A DNA stretch of 63,639 nucleotides, counting the filler, from Octopus bimaculoides (taxonomy: Eukaryota): assembly GCF_001194135.2 (NCBI RefSeq). It is 5 parts of 4 records of this genome, joined end to end, with 100 filler letters (N's around TTAATTAATTAA, not from the genome) between each part and the next. Parts side by side here need not be neighbours in the genome. Positions count along the whole stretch, not along the records: positions 15,034 to 40,643 come from NC_068983.1; 4 more parts are not named here. The stretch is one strand, 5' to 3'. The notes under the pieces were generated by a model that saw only the letters and a list, made by a program, of their open reading frames with translations, was not told the origin of the DNA and made no database searches. The position numbers and the translations under genes were made by a program. Below are positions 27,526 through 38,770 of the stretch, piece after piece; the first letter of the stretch is position 1; each line of letters opens with the position of its first letter.

Positions 27526-28080
27526 TGAGGTTGAGTCAAAAAATAATGCCATTTTGTTTAGGACAGGTATAATTACCAACACAGGAACATGTTATCATAC
27601 ATCAAAATGAAGCTGGTCCACTGTGGATCACATCCCTACTTCTCAACATAGTCACCGTTTCCCTCAATAGCAATGGTCCACCTTCGAATGAGAGCATCTA
27701 TCCCTGCCCCGTAAAATTCTGTTGACTGTTCTTTGAGCCACTATTTAACTACAGTTTTCACTTCCTCATCACTGGAATAATGTTTGCCTCTCAAACCTTC
27801 TTTTGTGGCACCAAAGAGATGATAGTCTGAAAGTGCTAAATCTGGTGAGTGTGGAGGTATTGAAGAAGTGGCTCAAAGAACAGTCAACAATTTTACAGAG
27901 CAGAGATACATGCTCTCATTCGAAGGTGGAACATTGCTATTGAGAGAAAGGGTGATTATGTTGAGAAGTAGGGATGTGATCCACAGAGGACCAGCTTCAT
28001 TTTGATGCATGATACATGTTCCTGTGTTGGTAATTATACCTGTCCTAAACAAAATGGCATTAGTTTTTGACTCACCCTAG
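27526..28080. mobile_element. Mariner-derived foldback made of two inverted 3' ends
   Basis: TA-flanked (T/C)GAGG(T/G)TGAGTCAAA termini. Arms 27526-27742 and 27867-28080. Reads FYRAEIHALIRRWNIAIERKGDYVEK* on + and PHSPDLALSDYHLFG..GLRGKHYSSDEEVK on -. Confidence 0.88.
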
Positions 28081-29027
28081 TATTTTTATTTTATAAGTAT
28101 AAGTAATTTTAATATAATTTTGTTTGATTTTATTATTTGTATTTTTTAATTAAATTTGTCTTTATCAATTTAACGAAAGATGTAAGCATATATTAAACAA
28201 ATTATTNNNNNNNNNNNNNNNNNNNNNNNNNNNNNNNNNNNNNNNNNNNNNNNNNNNNNNNNNNNNNNNNNNNNNNNNNNNNNNNNNNNNNNNNNNNNNN
28301 NNNNNNNNNNNNNNNNNNNNNNNNNNNNNNNNNNNNNNNNNNNNNNNNNNNNNNNNNNNNNNNNNNNNNNNNNNNNNNNNNNNNNNNNNNNNNNNNNNNN
28401 NNNNNNNNNNNNNNNNNNNNNNNNNNNNNNNNNNNNNNNNNNNNNNNNNNNNNNNNNNNNNNNNNNNNNNNNNNNNNNNNNNNNNNNNNNNNNNNNNNNN
28501 NNNNNNNNNNNNNNNNNNNNNNNNNNNNNNNNNNNNNNNNNNNNNNNNNNNNNNNNNNNNNNNNNNNNNNNNNNNNNNNNNNNNNNNNNNNNNNNNNNNN
28601 NNNNNNNNNNNNNNNNNNNNNNNNNNNNNNNNNNNNNNNNNNNNNNNNNNNNNNNNNNNNNNNNNNNNNNNNNNNNNNNNNNNNNNNNNNNNNNNNNNNN
28701 NNNNNNNNNNNNNNNNNNNNNNNNNNNNNNNNNNNNNNNNNNNNNNNNNNNNNNNNNNNNNNNNNNNNNNNNNNNNNNNNNNNNNNNNNNNNNNNNNNNN
28801 NNNNNNNNNNNNNNNNNNNNNNNNNNNNNNNNNNNNNNNNNNNNNNNNNNNNNNNNNNNNNNNNNNNNNNNNNNNNNNNNNNNNNNNNNNNNNNNNNNNN
28901 NNNNNNNNNNNNNNNNNNNNNNNNNNNNNNNNNNNNNNNNNNAACTATGATTCTGTTTCATCTAATTATATTTGCAATGTTGCCTGAACTGTTTATCTTT
29001 CACAACTGTGATGATTTTATTTGCTAG

Positions 29028-29145
29028 CCTGGAAGAACAGAATAAAGCAGATGAAGCAGAGTACTACTATAAGCGGGTACTCCAAGTGGATCCACTCAAT
29101 ACAGATGCCAGTCGTTATATGCGGCATATTTTGTTTAAGACAAAG
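29028..29145 (+). CDS. TTC14: TTC14 exon, TPR repeat
   Basis: Encodes LEEQNKADEAEYYYKRVLQVDPLNTDASRYMRHILFKTK, cf. [24 protein letters not shown]|GTTAG donor. Phase 2 to 0. Confidence 0.92.
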
Positions 29146-29855
29146 GTTAGAAAATTTGTTAAAGCAAAAAACATTTTGAATAACATCTGCATATATTTAA
29201 CTTTTAGGTTAAGAATTTCCATGAGGTATTTGATTACAAAAAAAAAAAAAAAAACGAAATATAATTTGTTGCAAGTTAAGTGATTAGTGCAGATAAATTA
29301 TTGGTAAAGAATTTATGGTGAAATAGATAATGACAATGATGGTGCTAATTATTATTATTATTATATAAGACAGTGAGCTGGAAGAATAATTAGCATACTG
29401 GGCAAAATGCTTAGTGGCATTTCATCTGTCTTTATATTCTGAGTTCAAATTCCACTGAGGTTGACTTCACCTTTCATCTTTTCAGGGTTGATAAAATAAG
29501 TGCCAGTTGATCACTGGGATCAATATAATCAATTTGCCCCTTCCTTTGAAATTGCTGGCCTTGTGCCAAAATTTGAAACAATTATTATTATTATTATTAT
29601 TATTATCATCATCATCATTTTTATTGTTGTTGTTATTGCTGCTGCTGCTGCAGTGAGCTGGTAGAATTGTTAGTATGCCAGACAAAATGCTTAGAGATTT
29701 CTGATAACCAAATTTCATTCAATACCATCAAAATATATATTCTACACATCATCATCATCACTTAATGTCTGTCTTTCATGCTGTGTCTTCATTTATTAAC
29801 AATATTACATTCCCTACAAATGTTAGGCTTTATGGTCTCTGTTAATCTTTCATAG

Positions 29856-29942
29856 AAACTAGACATATTATATAACCAAGACTACATGACAGAGGATGGT
29901 TTTCTATGCACAGAGTTTACTACTGTTCACAGTATGGAAGAA
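29856..29942 (+). CDS. TTC14: Probable TTC14 87-nt symmetric (phase 0-0) exon, possibly a cassette
   Basis: ttaatctttcatag acceptor and GAA|GTATGT donor. Open frame KLDILYNQDYMTEDGFLCTEFTTVHSMEE fits the phases of both flanking exons. No homology recognised. Confidence 0.6.
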
Positions 29943-30762
29943 GTATGTTCTCTACTAAAATAGACGTAATCCATCATCATGTATGTTTTTTTAAGACAAC
30001 TATTCTCTACCTGTTAAACTACAACTATTCATTCACCATTGAGTTATGAGGTTCTGTTTCTGCTGTAACCACTGCCTGTCAGTTTCTTTCCATCTAAGCC
30101 CACTTGGTTCATTCATCTCACCGCCTCATGTCATCTTTAGTTCTTCTCTGAAACATGTACCTCTCTGGGTCTGCTTCACTGTCTACATTTTCCTTTTAAC
30201 AATTATCCGAAAGAGTTGATTGCAGTAATCTCACATTATTATTTCCGCCTTTGGATTGCATGGATAAGAGAATTAGTGTTCTTCTTTAGACAGACTAGTA
30301 AAAAAGATATTGGTTTCAAATTTTGGCACAAAGCCAGAAGGTTTGCAGGAGGAGCTAAGTCAATTAAATCAACCCCAATGTTCAACTGGTACTTATTTTA
30401 TTGACCCCAAAAGGATGAAAGACAAAGTTGATACCAATGGAATTTGAACTCAGAACATATAGACAGACAAAATGCTACTAAGCATTTCACCCAACATTCT
30501 AGCAATTCTGCCAGCTTGCTCTCCCAGTAAAAAACTATTGTCATTGGAAATGTTTCCCTTGCATTTATTAATTAATAATCAACATCATGTTCTCAACTTC
30601 CTTTCACTTTATTTTGCTCATTTGCTTAGCATATCCAATGGGTTTTACATCTGCCCATCTGCTGCAGATTCTCTTTTAATTACAAAGGATTATCTGCAAC
30701 TATTATTTTCTTTTTGTGATGAATAGTATAACACTAAACATACTTTGATTAATTGCTTGCAG

Positions 30763-30938
30763 GCTGATCCTAATTCCACTCCAGCTGGCCGTAATATAGA
30801 ATCTTCTTCCTCAAGACATAGAAATTCATCCCACTTGGATAGTATGGAAGGAAGCTTTTCACAACATAAATCTAAACTAGATAAATCTGGACATTCCTAC
30901 AAGAGGGTTGTTGTCTCTGACAAATATCAACATTATAG
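30763..30938 (+). CDS. TTC14: TTC14 exon, start of the low-complexity region
   Basis: ttgcttgcag acceptor, AG|GTAAAT donor. Encodes ADPNSTPAGRNIESSSSRHRNSSHLDSMEG...KYQHY(R). Phase 0 to 2, matching the terminal exon. Confidence 0.8.
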
Positions 30939-32244
30939 GTAAATAGATTATAGTTTAGTGAGAGTGCTATGAATTAATGTGTGTGTATGTATGTGTGTGT
31001 GTGTGTGTATTACCATCATCATCATTTAATGTCCATTGTCTATGCTGGCATGGGTTGGATGGTTCGACCAGGGCTGGTAAGCTGAGAGGCTGCATCTGAC
31101 TTCAATCTGATTTGGCATGGTCTCTATGCCAAATCAGACTGGAGTCTGTGTATATCATCATCATCATCATCATCGTTTAACGTCCGCTTTCCATGCTAGC
31201 ATGGGTTGGACGATTTGACTGAGGACTGGTGAAATCGGATGGCAACACCAGGCTCCAATCTAATTTGGCAGAGTTTCTACAGCTGGATGCCCTTCCTAAC
31301 GCCAACCACTCAGAGAGTGTAGTGGGTGCTTTTACGTGTCACCCACACGAAAACGGCCACGCTCGAAATGGTGTCTTTTATGTGCCACCCGCACAAGCCA
31401 GTCCAGGGGCACTGGCAACGATCTTGCTCGAAAATCCTACGGGAGCCAGTCAGGCGGTACTGGCAATGGCCACGCTCAAAATGGTATATGTATATATATT
31501 TATGTTTGTATATATGTATAATGCATATATACATATATCATCATCATCATCATCATTGTTTGACGTCTGCTTTCCATGCTAGCATGAGTTCGACGATTTG
31601 ACTGAGGACTGGCAAGCCAGAAGGCTGCACCAGGCTCCAATCTGATCTGGCAGAGTTTCTACAGCTGGATGCCCTTCCTAACGCCAACCACTCCATGAGT
31701 GTAGTGGGTGCTTTTACGTGCCACTGGCACAGATTGTTTGAAGTGGTGTACAGGTTTTATATATTAAGAAAACAGAAGTAATCAGAATTTTGAATAATTA
31801 TTTTGTGCTTTCATCTTGTTTCAGAAATTCATCAGAAATGATTTTTTCACAGAAAATTTATGCCTTTTATGTATGTGAGTCGAAAAATTTTAGCCATCCC
31901 TGAAAAAGATACCTTTCTCTCTTTTTCTTTCGTTTTTATCCCTTTAACCAAACTTCCAATTACTTAACCACATGCTCACACACACATACATTCACACACA
32001 CACACACACACTTAAAAACATTCTCTTCCAATTCAACTCCAGACATTTTCAACTAACTCACATATATATAAAAGGTATGAATTTTCTGTTAAAGCATCAT
32101 TCCTGATGAATCTTTGAAATGAAATGAAAGTGAAAAACAATCTCCTTTTTCTGAATATATCTATATATNNNNNNNNNNNNNNNNNNNNNNNNNNNNNNNN
32201 NNNNNNNNNNNNNNNNATATATATATATATATATAGATATATTC

Positions 32245-32605
32245 TTTTACTTGTTTCAGTCATTTGACTGCAGCCATGCTGGCGCACTGCATTTAGTTGA
32301 ACAAATTGAACCCAGGACTTATTCTTTGTGAGCCTAATACTTATCCTATCAGTCTCTTTTGCCAAACTGCTAAGTTACGAGAATGTAAACACACCAACAT
32401 CAGTTGTCAAGCGATGGTCGGGGAAAAACACACACACACATATATACGACAGGCTTCTTTCAGTTTCCATCTACTAAATCCACTCACAAGGCTTTGGTCG
32501 GCCAGAGGCTATAGTAGAAGACACTGGCCAAAGGTGCCACGCAGTGAGACTGAACCCGGAACCATGGGGTTAGGAAGCAAGCTTCTTACCACACAGCCAC
32601 GCTGC
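32245..32605 (-). mobile_element. tRNA-type SINE family C (representative)
   Basis: Minus-strand head GCGTGGCTGTGTGGTAAGAAGCTTGCTTCC...GGGTTCAGTC. Other copies at about 8875-9180, 18050-18205, 22255-22560, 25590-25745, 40330-40535, 63430-63639. Confidence 0.7.
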
Positions 32606-32693
32606 ACCTGTGTATATGTATATTGTAGACATGTATGAATGCATAGTTATTTTTCAATCTGATTTTCATAATCTTTTTTTTTTTTTTTGTCAG

Positions 32694-35409
32694 AAAAGAT
32701 CACAAGTACCATGATGGCTCAGCTTCTGATGCATCCTCTTCACATTCTTTAAATCTGAATCCATCAAGAATGCATCGTTCTCTTGATGTCGACTCCCATA
32801 AATCCCAGCATAGTCGCCACTCAGAGACACATAATGAGAGTCGCTCCGAAACTCGTGATTCCCACTTTTCTGATAGTCAAACAATCTCTGAATTCAGCCA
32901 TAGCCATTGGGAACGGCATAGCTCACCTGGGAAAAGCTATAAGATAAATCCAGAAACCAGGTTAGTGCACAATAAGTCAATCCGTGACAGACGGAGTAGG
33001 ACTAATTCTAAATCTCCTGACTATTCAGTATGGGATGGAAAGTTATCTCGAGATAATTCTCCACATAGTTATGACTCTGTGCCCTCCACCTATAGAAAAC
33101 CTTCATCTAACATCAGTGATCATTTGAACAGGACTAAAATCAGATCGCAGAGTCAAGAGTTCAAAGAGATTTATATCAACCGAGAAAGATCTCATAGATT
33201 TCCTCCAAATGAGGAGAGCCATTCCAAGTCAAAAAAGACATTACAAGAAGTCATTTTTGATGATAATTATCAATCTATGTGTAAATACAGCTGTTTAAAT
33301 TTTAAAGAGTGTTATGATGACAGCCAAGACAGGAAAAGTAACTATAGGGTGAAGAGCCGATCACCTAGCAATGACAGCAAAAAGTCAAATAAACATTTAA
33401 CATCTCATCAACACGTAGAATCAAGTAAAAGAAGACAGTTGAAGGATCTTCATGGTAAGCAAGCTGTTGAGGAATCCTACTCAATGAAAGGTGGAAAGGA
33501 TTCTGACTTTTATTTCACACATGATAATAAATTAGACAGGAAACGAAGTCTGAGTCGGGATAGAAAACACAAGTCTAATGAGCCAGCTCGTAAATATGCC
33601 AGGAAACATTCACCAACTGCAAGTCTCCCTGAACTGAATCGCGATGATGATGGTAACCAAAAATTCAAACTACCAGACATTGTTGAAAGTACCCGTAGTC
33701 ATAGGAGAAGTGTGTGTATTGAACCACGGCAGAAACACATACATTCAGTGAATAAAAAATCTAATTCTAATAGCAAACATCAAAGTCCAAAGGAATCCAG
33801 CAGTCTTGATACTAATGTAAAGCAGCCTTTGCAAAGGAAAGGAAAATGTGGCAGACACAGAAGTAGTTCTACTGATTCTTCTTCATCTTCATCATCGTCA
33901 TCATCATCATCATCATCTTCATCATCGTCGTCATCATCATCATCATCCACATCTTCATCTTCTACCTCATCCCCTTCATCAAATACTTCTTCATCTAGTT
34001 CTAGTTCTGCTTCTTCAGATAGAACTCGAGATAAATTGAAGAGATCTTTAGATAATCATTCAGTTTTTAATTTAAAATATAAACATAATGACAGTTGTGA
34101 TGAATCAAAGAGTTATCAATCAAAGAAATGTGTTTTGGATTCTGAAACAACTGCAAAACGTTTACGAAAGACTGAAAAACTTAAAGAAGAAGAGATAGTG
34201 TCTGAGAAAAAATTATCCAAGTCTGAGGATAAAGACTATAAAAGTCAAAGATCAAGCTATAGTAGGAGTTCCAAACAGACAAAGTCTCATGAAGATGATA
34301 AGAATGATTTTAGACGTAGAAAAGAAGAAACTAATTCTAGACCATCTGAGTCTAGTTCAAAGGGATGTTACATTCCAAAATCTAATAAAGAAGACTCTAG
34401 CTCTCATGCTTATTACCATCAATCAGCTACTGGAAAGAGTCCATCAGGTTCAGATAAATTAGCAGGTTCATCTTCTAGAATTAATGATTCTGTTGATAAA
34501 TTTCTAGAAGCTGACAGGAAATTTATGGATAGGAAAAATTTGTTTCAAGATTCAGAATCTAGTGGTAAAACACTAGATACTGAAACTTTGAAGTTAGAAA
34601 ATGAGAAAAAAATTTCAGAAACTGATAGATGTTCAAGGTTTGTAAAATGTTCTTCAGATGAAGTAAGAACTATAGATGATAATGAAAATACTGAATTTAA
34701 AGACACTGTTACTTTAAGTATTGGTGAAGACAATCGGAAACGTAGAAATATTGCATCAAAACAAATCAATTTTGAGACTTCTAACTCTGTTTCTAAAGTT
34801 TCTCTACTGGGCAATTGTGATGAAAGTGACTGTAATCAATCAGTACAGAAAGTTAAATATATGTCACAAATTACTGAGGAATGTCCAGAAACAACATTTG
34901 TAAAATCTGATAGATGCTTTGAGAATATGGGAATGAATAGTTCTAGTAAATCCTGTTCAGAAAATGAAACTAGTTTACTGACTAATGAAGATAAACAACA
35001 GCCACCTTTACCTACTTGTGTATCACCTCCACCTCTTCCACCATTTCCTGAACAACAGTCTCCTTTACTGTTACCTCCACTTCCTTCTTCTCCTTTGATT
35101 GAGACAGCGGAAAAGAAAGATTCAAAGTTATGCAGACACAATGAAGAGGTTGAAGAACAAGATGAAAGTGTTTCAGAAATGATCTCTAATAGTAATACTA
35201 CTCAAAGAGAGCAGATATTTGATGGAGAGAAAGAAATGAAAGAGGTGGGTGGAAAGCAGATTTATGAAGATGAAAATAATGACACTATAAAAATGTTTCA
35301 GTCAACAGAAACTCTTGATGAATTGGAGAGTTTCTTAAGTCAATTGAAGGAGAAAAAGAAACAACAAATGATGGCAGAAGGTAAGGTATCAAAATGGAGA
35401 AAATTGTGA
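32694..35409 (+). CDS. TTC14: TTC14 giant terminal exon (2716 nt; Ser/Arg/Lys-rich IDR, poly-Ser, Pro-rich patch)
   Basis: Poly-T gtcag acceptor at 32692-93. Phase-2 entry reads KDHKYHDGSASD... directly into the 879-aa ORF 32770..35409, which ends in TGA. The poly-Ser tract recalls the SSSSSSS tract of vertebrate TTC14. Confidence 0.88.
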
Positions 35410-35414
35410 ATAAA
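35409..35414 (+). promoter_or_regulatory. Candidate polyadenylation signal overlapping the TTC14 stop codon
   Basis: TGAATAAA contains AATAAA. The hexamer is frequent by chance in AT-rich DNA. Confidence 0.25.
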
Positions 35415-36371
35415 GAAAGAAGCCTTTTTTTTTAATGTAAATAAGCTTCTACAAAGGAAAAACTGTTGGTCATTGTGGTTTTCTCTCCCATTTTAATTTT
35501 CAATAGTCTAAGTTACTGCCTGAATCTGATATAAATCACCAGCTTCATCCTATCCATTATTGTTGAAGAGAGAAGCATCTTGTAAAAAGCCTCAGAATAT
35601 TAGTATTATTAGAACTACGAAATGTTTCTCCATGCTCTGGCACTGGCATTTATTGGAAGTTGGTATTCTTTCACATGGACAATTTTTATCTGAAATAGCT
35701 TACTTTTCATTCTTTGTTCCTTGGCAGACTGTTGTCCCCCACCATTTCTCTCACTTTGTAAATCTATCTTGTTGTTCACAGCTGTGCAGCACATGGTTGT
35801 TCTCTGTGAATGTACGCTAATCATTTCAATTATCAGGTTTTTTGTCCCTGAGGGATTTGATTTGATTAAATTATCTTTTCCTATGGACTTCAGTCTTTTT
35901 TAATTATTTTTTTTCTATTTTTTTTCCTATATGCACTCACTAAGTACACTCCTTAAATATAAAAACAAGATTAAGTATGGGGACAGTGACAAAAAGAAGA
36001 CCAATAGTCTTGATAAGAGTGAACCATAAGTAATTTTAACAACTGAGATATATTCTTGTTAGATGAATTTGGATTATTTTGATGGTATCTATTGAAATGT
36101 TCTTTGAAATATTCCACTTCAATTTGGAAATTTTATGAATCTGAGACTGATTTTTGAAAATTAACTGATTAGCATTGTGTTATAAAAAGTGCTCCCTTCA
36201 GTAATGCCTTACAAAACAGGATACTATGGTGTAATTATATGGATGTCAGAATTTATAAGAGAATCAAAGAAGAATTTATCACTCTCGATAAATGTTTTAC
36301 TAAATTACCATCTAACACCAGCAGTATTTTAAGAAAAAAAAAAGATTTCATTTCTAAGAACATTATGTATG

Positions 36372-36416
<45 letters not shown>

Positions 36417-37483
36417 CAATAGTTGCATGAGAGGGAAAATGAATTTGTAACAAACAATTGTTTCTACAATTAGATACCTTTCCTACTCAATTGTGAAGTA
36501 GGGACAGGAGTAAACTAATAGAACCAAACATTATATGCCTTATTGGAGGGTACTTCCTAAATGGTTGAAGTAGTAAGATATAGTTTAATATGTCAACCAC
36601 AGTTACTGTGCCTCATGAGCTTATATATGTTGAAAAAGAAATAACAAATACTGAACAAGTTATGAAACGAAATTCTAAAATTAGACTATTGTGCTTAACA
36701 AAATTTGCTCAGTCTGTCAAATTATATGAGAACAGAATAATAGATGTGCTCACTTGCAGTATTTGATACTTATTTATAAAGGTGTCTTAGATATATGTTT
36801 AGTGGGTTCATATTGTTGGGTAGTATTTCTAGAAAATTAGAAAATAAAATAAAATACACAAGAAAGGAATAGAATAAAAATATTGCTAACCACATATCGT
36901 TTATTTTAGCTTGAAACCAACTGAGAATTGTTGGCCTCTATTTAACAAAAACAAAATAACAACAAAAAATAAACAAACAAAAATTTGCTACAATTAACAA
37001 ATACAAGAGATCTTTATGATGAAAATTGATAAAAATCATAAATTAAGGAGGCAAAATCTGAAGTTGAAGTAAATGAGTATTTGCCAGCATTTATAAAGAA
37101 AATTATTTTTTAAAAAGATGTTTATCAATAGAGAAATGAGTGAAGCTGGAAGTACAACTCCAAAATTTTCTATGATCATTAATGAAGTGTTTTAGAATTA
37201 AGTATAGTAGTATTTTCAGCCAGTTTTAACTTTAAAATGTGTCTGAGCAGTACACTTATTCTAACCCCAGACAAATTAATAAACTAAACTCCTTTATATA
37301 TTATTCTAATGTGGAGGAACAAAGCTCAGTGATTTTATTGTCTTTATAAATTGCAACAGAATTAGTCTGGCTTGATGGTTTTAATATCTTTATAGTTCTT
37401 AGCTTTATTTTCCATTTAAACTGTTTCTTAAAAAAGTTACACTTACCTAAGTAGTAGAACTCTTAGTAATCAGAGTGAAGGAA

Positions 37484-37563
<80 letters not shown>

Positions 37564-37641
37564 CACACACACACACACACACAAGTGAGTAAACAAATGA
37601 AAGAAAGTGGCACTCAATACATTTTGTATGAATTTCATGGT

Positions 37642-37802
37642 TTTTGATAACAGTTTGACTCAGCAGCATATGACTTTAAGTTTCATGGGTGCGTAGAAAA
37701 ACCTATCTCATAAAAAATCAGAAGATTTCTAATGAGATAGGTTCATCCTAGATGCCCACAAAATTTTAAGTCCTATGGAGCTGAGGTAAACTGTTATCAA
37801 AA
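37642..37802. repeat. Imperfect hairpin/MITE
   Basis: Roughly 70-bp arms TTTTGATAACAGTTT...CCTATCTCAT and ATGAGATAGG...AAACTGTTATCAAAA. Confidence 0.7.
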
Positions 37803-38770
37803 TATATACACACAGGTACTCACAGACACATGTACAGAGAGAGACAAATTTAAGTTGATACTTTAAATTATGTACAAAGAAGCTTAAAAAACAAAGTGCA
37901 AGATATGTATTGGCAAGAGAAATTGTATAACAACATAATATGGGAAGAAAGAGAATGAGTAGAGATGAGTGTCATTAGACATTAAAGTATTTCTATTGGA
38001 AATGCAAAACATATATTGTTAAAAAATATTTTTATTTTAAGAATATTGCCTTCAAGTCTAAGCATAATAAAAACAAAGAACAACTTGTAATTTTTGATTC
38101 TATTAAAAAATGATAAAAAATGCTTTTTTTTTTTTTGATTAATTGGATTCAAAGGAGAATTAAATGCATACTTTATCTTAAAAAATATTTATTATCTTCA
38201 TACAGAGCATTGAGCAGGGTGTGGTGGGGTTTGGGGCAAAGAGGTTTATTGATATAAGTAAAAAATAAAATAAAATAAAGTTTGATATGTTGAAACAAAT
38301 ATGGAATGTGTGGTTTTGAATGGCCACTGAGTAGTATATTGTGCAAACATTTTTTCTGTATGTTGATGTAGGCTAGACAGAAGACTTTAGATGTTCTGAG
38401 TTTCAAATATAAAATGCTGCAGCATTAAACCAGTGAAAAACTATGAAATCTGGAAAATAATAGTAGTAGTAATAGTAGTATATAGAAATTGAAAAATAAA
38501 AAAAATGCTAGTATGCTAGAGGTTTAAACTGAACTCTGTACTAAGACTATTTCACATAACTGTTTAGCTTCTTTTATTTTGATCACTTACCATTATTGTT
38601 CAATAATAATAATAAAACAACTTATAACACAAACAGCTGAATAAGTTCAGGTGGGTTAAATAAATGGTTTCATTTAACATTTTGAACACATAAATTAAAG
38701 TTTCTAATACACATACTATCAGTGTTAATTGAACAGATATAATTATACACACACACAACTCTAAAAGGAA

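Noticed and set aside
33848-35141. Alternative-frame and antisense ORFs within the TTC14 last exon
   Set aside because: Shadows of the low-complexity main frame.
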